Shown one piece after another: positions 48,670 through 57,693 of a stretch of 64,000 bases of DNA. The notes under the pieces are model-generated. The model did not search any database, was not told where the DNA came from, and worked only from the letters and a program-made list of their open reading frames with translations. Numbering within the stretch: position 1 is the stretch's first letter; each line of letters opens with the position of its first letter. The stretch is taken from NCBI GenBank assembly GCA_963621965.1, contig CAVFGN010000003.1, forward strand, positions 8,107-72,106, in the 5' to 3' direction. The position numbers and the translations under genes are program-made. This stretch comes from Alistipes finegoldii (lineage in GTDB: Bacteria; Bacillota_I; Bacilli_A; Acholeplasmatales; Anaeroplasmataceae).

Positions 48670-49212
48670 TTATCTAGTAGTTGTGATAATTGCGTAATCG
48701 CCATCTTCACGAACATATAGAACCTTAACTTCTAATGTTGCACTATCTAAGTAAATATAGAAATCATGTCCTGTAAGTTCTAATTGTTCTTCAGCCTCTT
48801 CTTCAGTCATAGGGACTAATTGAACAGTCTTTTCACGAACAACTTTTGCAACCTTCACTGGTTCCTTTTCTAAACGAAGATAACCCTCAGCAAATGTATC
48901 TTTAAGTGCATCTTTGCCTTTGTGCTCTTTAACACGAGTTTTATATTTACGAACTTGACGCTCTAATTTATCAATAGAGATATCAACTGCTGAATATAAA
49001 TCGTCAGCCTTAGCTTCTGCACGAAGAACGATATTCTTTGTTGGAATTGTAACTTCAACCTTGTGGAATGAAGAGTAAACCTTACATACAACTCTAGCCT
49101 TTAGTTCTTCTTCTTGGAAGTATTGAGCAACCTTTTCTAACTTTGTTTCAATAAATTCCTTGTTTCTTTGACTTGGTTCAAAACCATTTTTTCCAATAAC
49201 TTCTACTTTCAT
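48670..49212 (-). CDS. hpf: Ribosome hibernation promoting factor, long form
   Basis: The N-terminal S30AE/YfiA domain (VEVTIP.., YKTRVK) plus a C-terminal dimerisation domain (VVREKTV..PMTEEEA..GHDFYIY). Confidence 0.9.
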   Translation of the reverse strand: MKVEVIGKNGFEPSQRNKEFIETKLEKVAQYFQEEELKARVVCKVYSSFHKVEVTIPTKNIVLRAEAKADDLYSAVDISIDKLERQVRKYKTRVKEHKGKDALKDTFAEGYLRLEKEPVKVAKVVREKTVQLVPMTEEEAEEQLELTGHDFYIYLDSATLEVKVLYVREDGDYAIITTTR

Positions 49213-49312
49213 AATATCGACTCCTTTACACTCGTAATAAGTTATCCTCTATCCCTACTTCTATTATAGCACTAAATGTAATAAATAAAAGGGCTTTCAT
49301 TCTAATTTTATT

Positions 49313-49690
49313 CTAAATTTCACAATAATTACATACAATTATTAAATCATTATTGATCAATTCCGATAAATTTGTAAAATTTTTTAGAGAATATTCGTTG
49401 ATACGTAAATTAAAATATACAAGAATATTATCATTTTCCTTTTCTTTATTTAAAACGTATGTAAAAAGCCTAGAAAATTCATCTTGATATGGATCACGTT
49501 TGAAATAGTAATATTCAGAAAATAAGGAATATATAATGAGTTTATGATTTCTAAGAGGAAGTACATTGTAAGTAATATTGATTTTATATTTATTATAACA
49601 AGTATCACACACATTATAGTTTTTTGTAGAGAAAAGGTTTACTAAGCTTCTTTTAATAACAAAATTATTATTGCAAATCATACATCTCAT
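49313..49690 (-). CDS. ComFC-like zinc-ribbon protein lacking the phosphoribosyltransferase motif
   Basis: Start set at MRCMICNN, with GGTGA upstream. CxxC...CxxC N-terminus and the position upstream of hpf match comFC. No DDxxTTG-type PRT loop. Weak call. Confidence 0.3.
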   Translation of the reverse strand: MRCMICNNNFVIKRSLVNLFSTKNYNVCDTCYNKYKINITYNVLPLRNHKLIIYSLFSEYYYFKRDPYQDEFSRLFTYVLNKEKENDNILVYFNLRINEYSLKNFTNLSELINNDLIIVCNYCEI

Positions 49691-49770
49691 ATAATCACCC
49701 ATATAATTATAGACATGAAGCATCTTATTTTCTAAAAAATGCATCCAAAAAAGGATGCATAAATAATTTA

Positions 49771-50925
49771 TTATTTTAAAAGTTTCTTGAAGCAATCAAC
49801 CTTATCTAGATGTTCCCAAGGAAGATCAACATCGTTTCTACCAAAGTGACCATAAGAAGCAATTTTAGAGTATCTAGGCTTTAATAAGTCTAAACTTTCA
49901 ATCATGCCCTTAGGAGTTAACTTGAAGTTTTCTCTAATTGTCTTAACAATTTCTTCTTCACTAACTTTATTTGTATTAAATGTATCAACTAAAACACTAA
50001 TAGGTTCAGCCACACCAATTGCATAAGATAATTCAATTTGGCAGCGACTAGCTACACCACTAGCTACAACGTTTTTAGCGATATAACGAGCCATATAAGC
50101 AGCTGATCTATCTACTTTAGATGGGTCTTTTCCTGAAAATGCACCGCCGCCATGAGCTGCAGAACCACCATATGTATCAACGATTATCTTTCTACCTGTC
50201 AAACCTGAGTCAGCAGCTGGTCCACCAAGTACAAATCTACCTGTAGGGTTAAATAAATATTTAGTTTCACTATCTACTAAATCTTGTGGAACAATTTTAT
50301 CTACCACTTCTCTTTTGATATCGCGAGATAATTGTTCAAGACTAACTTCAGGAGAATGTTGAGATGAAATTAAAATTGTATCAATTCTTTTAATTTTATT
50401 ATCATCATCATACTCAACAGTAACTTGTGTTTTGCCATCAGGACGTAAATAATCAAGAGTTCCGTTCTTTCTTACGTCAGCTAATTGTTTAGCTAAACGA
50501 TGAGCTAAAGTGATTGCAAGAGGCATATAAACATCAGTTTCATCACACGCATAACCAAACATAATACCTTGGTCACCTGCACCTTGTTCATGTCCTTCTG
50601 ATTCATCAACACCCATGGCAATATCAGGTGATTGTGCATCAATTGCAGTTAAAACTGCAACATTATCCGCATCAAATCCGTATTTACCACGAACATACCC
50701 GATTTCTCTTAATTTATTTCTAACAATACTCTGAACATCAACATAATGGTTAGTTGTAATTTCACCAAATACCATTACCATACCAGTAGTTGCTACAGTT
50801 TCACATGCTACACGGCCCTTAGGATCATGAGCTAAAATATCATCAAGAACTGCATCACTGATTTGATCACAAACCTTATCAGGATGTCCTTCTGTTACTG
50901 ATTCACTTGTAAAATATCTTCTCAT
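49771..50925 (-). CDS. metK: S-adenosylmethionine synthetase
   Basis: [39 protein letters not shown]. Confidence 0.95.
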   Translation of the reverse strand: MRRYFTSESVTEGHPDKVCDQISDAVLDDILAHDPKGRVACETVATTGMVMVFGEITTNHYVDVQSIVRNKLREIGYVRGKYGFDADNVAVLTAIDAQSPDIAMGVDESEGHEQGAGDQGIMFGYACDETDVYMPLAITLAHRLAKQLADVRKNGTLDYLRPDGKTQVTVEYDDDNKIKRIDTILISSQHSPEVSLEQLSRDIKREVVDKIVPQDLVDSETKYLFNPTGRFVLGGPAADSGLTGRKIIVDTYGGSAAHGGGAFSGKDPSKVDRSAAYMARYIAKNVVASGVASRCQIELSYAIGVAEPISVLVDTFNTNKVSEEEIVKTIRENFKLTPKGMIESLDLLKPRYSKIASYGHFGRNDVDLPWEHLDKVDCFKKLLK

Positions 50926-50926
50926 A

Positions 50927-51187
50927 CTACATAACCTCCTTAATTGCTTTTGTTAATTGATCGGCACATGATGTAGTCTTTGTGCCGCAAATATTTCCTT
51001 GTAATAATTCATATATCTCTTTTAAATCTCTACCTTCACAAAGTTTAGAGATAGCACTTAAATTTCCAGGGCATCCACCATGGAACTCTAAATTATACAT
51101 CTTACCATTTTCATACTCAAACGAAATTTCTTTAGCACATGTGCCATTTGTTTTAAAAGTCTTTTTCTCCATAACTATTTCCTCCAT
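50927..51187 (-). CDS. Small TSCPD-domain protein (TIGR03905-like, conserved Cys set)
   Basis: [39 protein letters not shown] matches my memory of this family. The start could be the ATG at 51172. Confidence 0.55.
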   Translation of the reverse strand: MEEIVMEKKTFKTNGTCAKEISFEYENGKMYNLEFHGGCPGNLSAISKLCEGRDLKEIYELLQGNICGTKTTSCADQLTKAIKEVM

Positions 51188-52544
51188 AATTTACATACAT
51201 ATTATCGAATTTATCTATAAAATTCATGAATCTTTCAAATATACTAGAATCAAAATATTGTCTAAAATCTTTTGTAAGAATATTAATTGTTTCTTCTTTG
51301 TTTTTAGGACGTTTATAAACCCTTAGTGCTCTAAGAGAAATAAATACTTCACATATACCAATAATTTGATCTTCTTCACTATGGTATGTTTTTTTCATTT
51401 TTTCACTATATTCTTCAGTAACTGAACCTTGAATATATTTTCTAACTAACTCTTCATATCTTTTTTTACTAGCTTCTCTTTTAATAACAATTGCACCTAA
51501 ACTTGTTTCTTTTCGAAGTTCTTCGAATTGTTCGTCTTTGTTTTCAATGTTTTTTATTTTGGATAAATCCATATTATTATTTAAATAAACGATTGAATAA
51601 GCTCCTATTTCTTCACACTTTTTTGGGCTATAACCTAAATAACTTGCAAGTTTTATGGCCATTTCTTTTAAGAGCGGAGCTTCGTATATATCATCTTCTG
51701 AGATATAAAAAGAATCGAACTCAATTTTAAAAAGATCCGAAACAGTATCAATAAAATCATTTTCTACTTCTTTTCTTTTAGCTAATTCCTTTTTTCTCTC
51801 TTCAAGTAGATACTGTGAAATAGAAACGTTAATATAAAGAACACCCATAAATAAAATAAGTACAAACATTCTAAGTACTATATCTCTAAATTGTTCACTC
51901 TTTACAACCTCTTTAAATACTACAAGTGCTCCTTCGGTCGCATGTCCGTATTCATCAGAGAAGTTATAAGTAACTGTAAAATTCAGAATAAAAACTCCAA
52001 CTATTAACCATTTACAAATTGTAGCTAAAGCTTTTTTATCTTGATATAAAGATACAACTACAAGTGATACGTAAAGCATTGCATATCCTACTTCGCCATA
52101 TATTACAATTTGTGTTTCGTTATCCACGCTTGATGTAAACTGATTTTTTAGTTTAACGTACATTAATAAAGAGGATATAAACATATAAAGACAAGCAAAA
52201 TACATCGCAATCTTTTGATTTGACATATCAAGTTCTTCTTTAAATATCATCTTTTTAAGTGTTTTATTTAACAAGAACGAAAAAGGTAATAGTAATAAAG
52301 ACAATATTAAGTTTTTAGAATCATTAAAGGATATTAAAAATAAAATAATTGTGTATAACAAGTTTGTTACAAAAATGATATTTTTAATAACTATATTTCT
52401 TCTGTGTAAAACCTCAACATCATTTGATAAATCAACATTTGATTCAAATCCAAAAAAATTTGAAAATAAGTTATCTATTTTAGTTTTTAAGCTTGTAAAC
52501 TTTTTGTTAGTTTTAACACGTTTTTTAATATTAGCTAACGACAT
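51153..52544 (-). CDS. Multi-pass membrane protein with a C-terminal degenerate HD-GYP-like domain
   Basis: About 7 TM segments, then a soluble domain whose end (IIGICEVFISLRALRVYKRPKNKEETINIL) parallels the HD-GYP tail (..ADVFDALTS.R.Y+). The HD and GYP residues are not evident. Confidence 0.35.
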   Translation of the reverse strand: MSLANIKKRVKTNKKFTSLKTKIDNLFSNFFGFESNVDLSNDVEVLHRRNIVIKNIIFVTNLLYTIILFLISFNDSKNLILSLLLLPFSFLLNKTLKKMIFKEELDMSNQKIAMYFACLYMFISSLLMYVKLKNQFTSSVDNETQIVIYGEVGYAMLYVSLVVVSLYQDKKALATICKWLIVGVFILNFTVTYNFSDEYGHATEGALVVFKEVVKSEQFRDIVLRMFVLILFMGVLYINVSISQYLLEERKKELAKRKEVENDFIDTVSDLFKIEFDSFYISEDDIYEAPLLKEMAIKLASYLGYSPKKCEEIGAYSIVYLNNNMDLSKIKNIENKDEQFEELRKETSLGAIVIKREASKKRYEELVRKYIQGSVTEEYSEKMKKTYHSEEDQIIGICEVFISLRALRVYKRPKNKEETINILTKDFRQYFDSSIFERFMNFIDKFDNMYVNYGGNSYGEKDF

Positions 52545-52579
52545 AATTTACTCCTAAATTAATATATATTATACATATA

Positions 52580-53497
52580 TTAGGCAATAATTTCATCAAT
52601 AATAAATAATTTTTGCCCATTTAGGAAATCTTTAGTTTTAAGTTCTTTTTTACCTTCAACTTTAAGACTTAATATTTCAATTGCGTCCGTCTTACACTTA
52701 ATAATTAAATGTTTCTTTGCATCAATTATAGTGCCACAAGGCTTCGTGCTATCATCTTTAATTATTTGACTTTCGTAGACTTTAACACGAACGTTGTTAA
52801 TCATAAAATAAGCACCCGGTTCATGACTCAAACCTCTAATTTTGTTGAATATGTCACGTGCATTTTGATTAAAGTTAAACTCTTCTTCACTTGGTAAAAT
52901 ATTAGGAGAGATGGTTGCATCATCTTCATTTTGAATAATTCCTTCATTCTTACCACAAATAATATCAGGAAGTGTTTCAATAAGTAAATCTCGGCCAATA
53001 TAAGATAATTTTTCGAACACAGTGTCTTGCGTATCACTATCTAATATTTCAAGTTCTCTTTTTGCATACATTCTTCCTGCATCCATTTTCTTAACCATTT
53101 CCATGATTGTAACACCTGTTACACGATCCCCTTCAATGATTGACCTTTGAATAGGGGCTCCACCACGTCGTTTAGGAAGTAGAGAGCCATGAACATTGAT
53201 ACACTTTTTGAATGCTTTTAAGACTTTTGTAGGGACAAATTGACCGTATGCTGCTGTAATTAGTATATCAGCTTTTGCATTTAAAACTGGCTCATAATCG
53301 TCTTTAATTGAAACAGGCTTAAATGTCTGAAGGCCTAATTCACTAGCAGCTACGCCAACAGGGGAAGATGTTAGAACTTGTTTTCTACCTACAGTTTTAT
53401 CAGGTTGAGTTACAACTAATACTACCTCATAATGATTTACTAATTCTTTTAAAATAGGTACACTAAATAGAGGAGTTCCCATAAATACTACTTTCAT
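52580..53497 (-). CDS. fmt: Methionyl-tRNA formyltransferase
   Basis: MKVVFMGTP, VVTQPDK, HGSLLPKRRGGAPIQ. Confidence 0.9.
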   Translation of the reverse strand: MKVVFMGTPLFSVPILKELVNHYEVVLVVTQPDKTVGRKQVLTSSPVGVAASELGLQTFKPVSIKDDYEPVLNAKADILITAAYGQFVPTKVLKAFKKCINVHGSLLPKRRGGAPIQRSIIEGDRVTGVTIMEMVKKMDAGRMYAKRELEILDSDTQDTVFEKLSYIGRDLLIETLPDIICGKNEGIIQNEDDATISPNILPSEEEFNFNQNARDIFNKIRGLSHEPGAYFMINNVRVKVYESQIIKDDSTKPCGTIIDAKKHLIIKCKTDAIEILSLKVEGKKELKTKDFLNGQKLFIIDEIIA

Positions 53498-53501
53498 ACA
53501 A

Positions 53502-55823
53502 TCACATCCTTTTTATAAATAAATCTAATTTAGATATATTTTTATAATCTTCATATAATTCATTTAGATATTCAAAATTCTCGTCTTCTTTTGCTTTAAT
53601 AGTAATAATATAACGATATTCATTATTTAGTTTAAATAATCTATCTGTTGATGGTCCTAAAATAAGAGACTTATGTAAATGATTTTTCAGTCTATCTCTT
53701 ATTTTTTTTACCTCTTCATATGCGATCATTTGATCTCTTGACTTAACTAAAAGTTCAATTAGTGTAGTAAACGGAGGATTATTAGACAATTCACGTCTTT
53801 TTATTTCTTCGTTATAGAACGCAAGATACGAATGATTTTGCGCATATTTGATAGGACTAGCCAGAGTATTATAAGACTGAATAATAGATAAACCACTTGT
53901 ATCTTTTCTTCCAGCTCTTCCAGTTACTTGTTCAAGCAAATCATAAGTTTTTTCATATGCATTGTAATAAGGCATATTTAGCCCTATATCTGCATTTATT
54001 ACGCCAACAAGTGAGACAAGAGGAAAGTCTAGACCTTTTGCAACTATTTGAGTACCAACGATTATATCAACTTTATGGTCTCTAATTTTTTCAGTCATAT
54101 CGTTATAACTACTTTTGTTAGTCATTGTATCTTGATCAACTCTAAGAATTCTAGCTTCAGGTAATATTTTGCTAACCTCTTCGCAAATACGCTCTGTACC
54201 AATAGACATATCGCGTATAGCACTACTTTGACACTTTGGGCAAACTTTAGTCGCAACTATAGAATAATTGCAATAATGGCACTTTAACTTATTTGTATCT
54301 TTATGAAAAATAAGAGATACATCACAATTAGGACACTTAACAGCCTCTCCGCAACTTCTACAAACAAAGGAAGAAAATCCTCTTTTATTTATAAATAATA
54401 TTGTTTGTAATTTATTATCATAATTTTTAATGATTTCTTCTTTTAAAACTTTACTAAAAGGTGATCTGTTTCCTTGTCTTAACTCATCACTTAAATTTAT
54501 AACGATACTTTTTTCTTGAGCTTTATTATTTGCTCTTAGATATAATGAGTAAAGCTTATATTTTCCGCTTAAGGCATTATAATAACTTTTTATTGATGGG
54601 GTAGCTGAACCTAAAATATAAGGAATATTATATTCACGCGCTAGAGTTTCGCATACAAAATGTGCATCGTAATTAGGCTCATGATCTTGGATATAGCTTT
54701 CTTCTTGTTCCTCATCCATGATAATAATACCTAAATTTTTAATAGGACTAAATATTGCACTTCTTACACCAACTACGACTCTTGCCTCTCCTTTTCTAAT
54801 TCGTCTGTATTCATCATATCTTAAATTATCATTTAAACCCGAATGAATAATTGCGACCTTTGAGCCAAATCTTTTGACAAACCTACTTGACATTTGTGGT
54901 GTTAATGAGATTTCGGGTACTAACATTAAAGCTGATTTGTTTTGATTTAAGACTTCTTCAATTAAGTTTAAATAAATCTCAGTTTTACCGCTTCCACAAA
55001 CACCGTGTATCAAATGAACATCAAACTTATTAAGAGTCTTTTTAATACTCTCGCAGATCTCATTTTGTTTAGAGTTTAGAACTACTTTTTCCTCTTTTAA
55101 GTCAACAACGTCTACTTTTCTGTACTCTTCACGAACAGTTACTTCGACACAATTATTTTTAATTAAAGTATTAATAGTACTTAAAGAACTTATGTTTACT
55201 GCATCTGATTTTAAAATTTCTGTCCCTAATTCTTTTAAGTAAGCACACATATTTTGCGCATCCTTACTTTTACCACTGTAATCAGCTTTAAAGCGTAAAT
55301 AAGTAGATGTTTTGATACTTGTTTTATCTTTTAAGATATACTCTACTTCTATGCTTGACGCATCAATCAACCTTTTAATTTCTAAAGCAAAAGGTTCTAG
55401 ACTTGAAGTGTAGATTATAGATTCATTGTTTCCCACTATTTCTTTTAGCTTATCGCTTAACTTATTCTTATCTTTAATAATTAATTTTTTATTGATACTT
55501 GTGCGTAGTGCTGTCGGTATAAATAGTTCTAAAGTCTTACCAAATGAAGAAAAATAATGAAGACTAATTTTTTTTGCTAAATCAATATTTGATTTAGTAA
55601 GTAAAGGTGTTGGATCTAGTATTTCGATTATATCTTTTAATTTAGAGCCAAACGAAGATGTATCTTTTAGCTTAGTTACATAACCTATAATTTTTTGGTT
55701 ACCAAAAGGAACAAATACTCTTTGTCCTATTTCAATTTGATTTATTAATCTTGCAGGAACATTATAGTCAAATTGTCTATCAATTTGTCTAGCACTCGAA
55801 TTAATTACAACTTCAGCAATCAT
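53502..55823 (-). CDS. priA: Primosomal replication restart helicase PriA
   Basis: Start set at MIAEVVINS (55823), with GGAGGA upstream. The 34 N-terminal codons of the track ORF overlap an RNA leader and terminator. GVCGSGKTE, DEEQE, Cys-rich zinc region CRSCG..CPNC..CHYC..CPKC. Confidence 0.9.
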   Translation of the reverse strand: MIAEVVINSSARQIDRQFDYNVPARLINQIEIGQRVFVPFGNQKIIGYVTKLKDTSSFGSKLKDIIEILDPTPLLTKSNIDLAKKISLHYFSSFGKTLELFIPTALRTSINKKLIIKDKNKLSDKLKEIVGNNESIIYTSSLEPFALEIKRLIDASSIEVEYILKDKTSIKTSTYLRFKADYSGKSKDAQNMCAYLKELGTEILKSDAVNISSLSTINTLIKNNCVEVTVREEYRKVDVVDLKEEKVVLNSKQNEICESIKKTLNKFDVHLIHGVCGSGKTEIYLNLIEEVLNQNKSALMLVPEISLTPQMSSRFVKRFGSKVAIIHSGLNDNLRYDEYRRIRKGEARVVVGVRSAIFSPIKNLGIIIMDEEQEESYIQDHEPNYDAHFVCETLAREYNIPYILGSATPSIKSYYNALSGKYKLYSLYLRANNKAQEKSIVINLSDELRQGNRSPFSKVLKEEIIKNYDNKLQTILFINKRGFSSFVCRSCGEAVKCPNCDVSLIFHKDTNKLKCHYCNYSIVATKVCPKCQSSAIRDMSIGTERICEEVSKILPEARILRVDQDTMTNKSSYNDMTEKIRDHKVDIIVGTQIVAKGLDFPLVSLVGVINADIGLNMPYYNAYEKTYDLLEQVTGRAGRKDTSGLSIIQSYNTLASPIKYAQNHSYLAFYNEEIKRRELSNNPPFTTLIELLVKSRDQMIAYEEVKKIRDRLKNHLHKSLILGPSTDRLFKLNNEYRYIITIKAKEDENFEYLNELYEDYKNISKLDLFIKRM

Positions 55824-55834
55824 TGTTCCTCCAC

Positions 55835-55968
55835 AAAAATAAAAAAGTCCGTAATGGACTTCTTTGAAATTAGTCCATCGTACAAGCATTAGCACTTTAC
55901 ATTTCGCAAGTTGCTGAAGGGTCATAGAGCTTGTCTCTCGCCTTCTCTTAATGGCTATGAAATTAAGC
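55835..55968 (-). promoter_or_regulatory. S-box (SAM-I-like) riboswitch with terminator/antiterminator; no recognisable P4
   Basis: Minus-strand RNA: UAGCCAUUAAGAGAAGGCGAGAGACAAGCUCUAUGACCCUUCAGCAACUUGCGAAAUGUAAAGUGCUAAUGCUUGUACGAUGGACUA. It matches the SAM-I core strings (AUCAAGAG.GG.GAGGGA..GCCC.AUGA..CC..GCAAC...GUGCUAA). P1 is UAGCCAU/AUGGaCUA. The terminator is AAGUCC-AUUAC-GGACUU plus U6. The P1 3' strand AUGGACU is complementary to the terminator 5' arm AGUCCAU, forming the antiterminator. Confidence 0.75.
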
Positions 55969-55974
55969 GTAATT

Positions 55975-56003
55975 ATTATAGACTATAATATATAAAAATG
56001 CAA
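55975..56003 (-). promoter_or_regulatory. Promoter TTGCAT-17 nt-TATAAT driving the S-box leader
   Basis: Read on the minus strand; spacer counted as 17 nt. Confidence 0.65.
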
Positions 56004-56047
56004 TATAGCAAAATAATTTTATTGCTTAAAAATGCTATTATTTAAAT

Positions 56048-57193
56048 TTATAAAAATCTTATAGTTTCCGCTTGTTTATTATTTATTATATTTGAAATAC
56101 TTAAAGGTTTAACAAGAGCTTTTATTAGCAAATACATTAATAAACTTTGAGGTATTAAATAAAACAAGTTTTTAGGTAGTGACATTATTAACATATAATT
56201 TAATGTTTGTTCAGAAGTAAAACTTGAAACTTGTCCCCACCAAATTGAGCCTAATACTACATTTACAAATAAATTTACAAAGACACGGCTTGAAAAACAT
56301 TTAGAAAAAGAGATATTTGTTTTGTACAAGCAAATTCCATAACTAAATCCTGCAAGAGCTGCATTTAGAGTATATCCCACATGGAATACATTTCCACTTT
56401 GTCCCATAAAAAAACCTAAGATATCAGACAAGGCACCAACTAGAAAACCAATAAGAGGACCGTAAATCATCCCTATTACACTAAATACTAAGTAAGACAA
56501 CCCGATACCTAAGTTTGAAAATCCTGAAGGTAATGTAATAAAGCCAAGTACTTTCATAAGTGCAAAAAGTATTGCTAGATTTACAAGACTTTTTAACTTC
56601 TTAAGTTCTTTTAATTGATTAGTCCAGTAATTTTTATGCACTACGAAACGAAATAAATTAATATTATCATATTCTATATGTAAATTATAAAAATCTTGTT
56701 TAAAGAAATAAAGTAAGATAAATAAGCTAATTGTAAAAATGAGAGAAGAAACAAGAGATATAATTAATACCTTATTAAGATTAATATAACTTAGAGTTTC
56801 GAAAGTGCCTATTGAGACGTTTGTATCGCCAATTATATTTGTATTAGAAACTACGCTTGTTAAGAATTTTTTTGACTGTGCTTTTTTATTAAATAATTTT
56901 TTATGTACAATTACATAGTATGTGTTATCATTTTCAGAAATCTTAATATTGTCGGTAATTTTATCAATATTTAAGTAGGTATACTCTTCCCCTAGGTTTT
57001 CTTTAACAAGGTTTAGATTATCTTTTGTGATAAGATTTTCAGTTAATACTGTTTTATCATAACTAAAAGATAACTTATAGTCAGAAGTATTATTATTAAT
57101 AATATAAAAAATACCATATGGAATTAAAGTAATAAATAAAATAAGAGTAAAAAATAATATAATCCTATTTTTTAAACATTTTAAAAATTTCAT
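56048..57193 (-). CDS. Fusion of a ~190-aa N-terminal membrane-anchored domain with an ECF-transporter folate S-component (FolT-like)
   Basis: The C-terminal half (LAILFALMKVLGFI..GMIYGPLIGFLVGALSDILGF..HVGYTLNAALAGFSYGICLYK) resembles FolT. The N-terminal half has 2 TM segments flanking a hydrophilic domain. RBS GGAGGT lies 7 nt before the ATG. Preceded by a THF riboswitch. Confidence 0.6.
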   Translation of the reverse strand: MKFLKCLKNRIILFFTLILFITLIPYGIFYIINNNTSDYKLSFSYDKTVLTENLITKDNLNLVKENLGEEYTYLNIDKITDNIKISENDNTYYVIVHKKLFNKKAQSKKFLTSVVSNTNIIGDTNVSIGTFETLSYINLNKVLIISLVSSLIFTISLFILLYFFKQDFYNLHIEYDNINLFRFVVHKNYWTNQLKELKKLKSLVNLAILFALMKVLGFITLPSGFSNLGIGLSYLVFSVIGMIYGPLIGFLVGALSDILGFFMGQSGNVFHVGYTLNAALAGFSYGICLYKTNISFSKCFSSRVFVNLFVNVVLGSIWWGQVSSFTSEQTLNYMLIMSLPKNLFYLIPQSLLMYLLIKALVKPLSISNIINNKQAETIRFL

Positions 57194-57206
57194 AATTTAG
57201 ACCTCC

Positions 57207-57316
57207 AATGAGATCCACAATTTGTGGATGGCAAATGCACCGCTAGTTAAACTATTCGTCTTAAAGATATCCAACCTTTAAGCACTTAACGCGCATATGT
57301 TTTTTATATTCACTAT
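57207..57316 (-). promoter_or_regulatory. THF (folate) riboswitch
   Basis: Minus-strand RNA: ..CAUAUGCGCGUUAAGUGCUUAAAGGUUGGAUAUCUUUAAGACGAAUAGUUUAACUAGCGGUGCAUUUGCCAUCCAC.. It parallels the THF-I aptamer strings GCGUUAAGUG-hairpin-AUGGGAU-hairpin-ACGAA...GCGGUG...UUGCAUCC. The downstream hairpin AUCCACAAAUUGUGGAU abuts the RBS. Confidence 0.75.
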
Positions 57317-57364
57317 ATTATATTAAATTATATTCAAACACAAGAGTTTTAATAATTTCATTTT

Positions 57365-57386
57365 AAAAAGGCAACCTAAGTTGCCT
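57365..57386 (-). terminator. Intrinsic terminator after the thioredoxin-like gene
   Basis: AGGCAAC-UUAG-GUUGCCU, then U5 on the minus strand. Confidence 0.75.
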
Positions 57387-57388
57387 GA

Positions 57389-57691
57389 TTAATTTATTTT
57401 TGATAAAACTTCATTGAAATCTATAAATCCTAAATTTCTATACACTAGTTCCTTATTTTTATAAACTAGTATTGCAGGAACTGCATAAATATTATTATTT
57501 CTTAGTATATTCATAAAGTTATTAGCATTTATACTATAGACTAATAATTCGTTATTTTCTAAATGCTTCTTAATTTGTTTCTCTAAAGTAATGCAACGAG
57601 CACAATTATCTTTATGAAATAAAAATACAACTAAGGTGTTGTTATCGATGATTTCATTAAATTTATCTTGTTTACTAAATTCTAAAAACAT
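57389..57691 (-). CDS. Thioredoxin-fold protein with a CxxC motif
   Basis: FHKDNCARCITLEK, with vPtILVYK-like AVPAILVYKN. Confidence 0.55.
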   Translation of the reverse strand: MFLEFSKQDKFNEIIDNNTLVVFLFHKDNCARCITLEKQIKKHLENNELLVYSINANNFMNILRNNNIYAVPAILVYKNKELVYRNLGFIDFNEVLSKIN

Positions 57692-57693
57692 AA

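Noticed and set aside
55860-55960. The GNRA-capped hairpin and CAGCA string suggested a small SRP RNA on first reading.
   Set aside because: The conserved AGCA falls on the wrong side of the loop for SRP domain IV. The whole segment aligns far better to the SAM-I core and has the S-box terminator/antiterminator logic.
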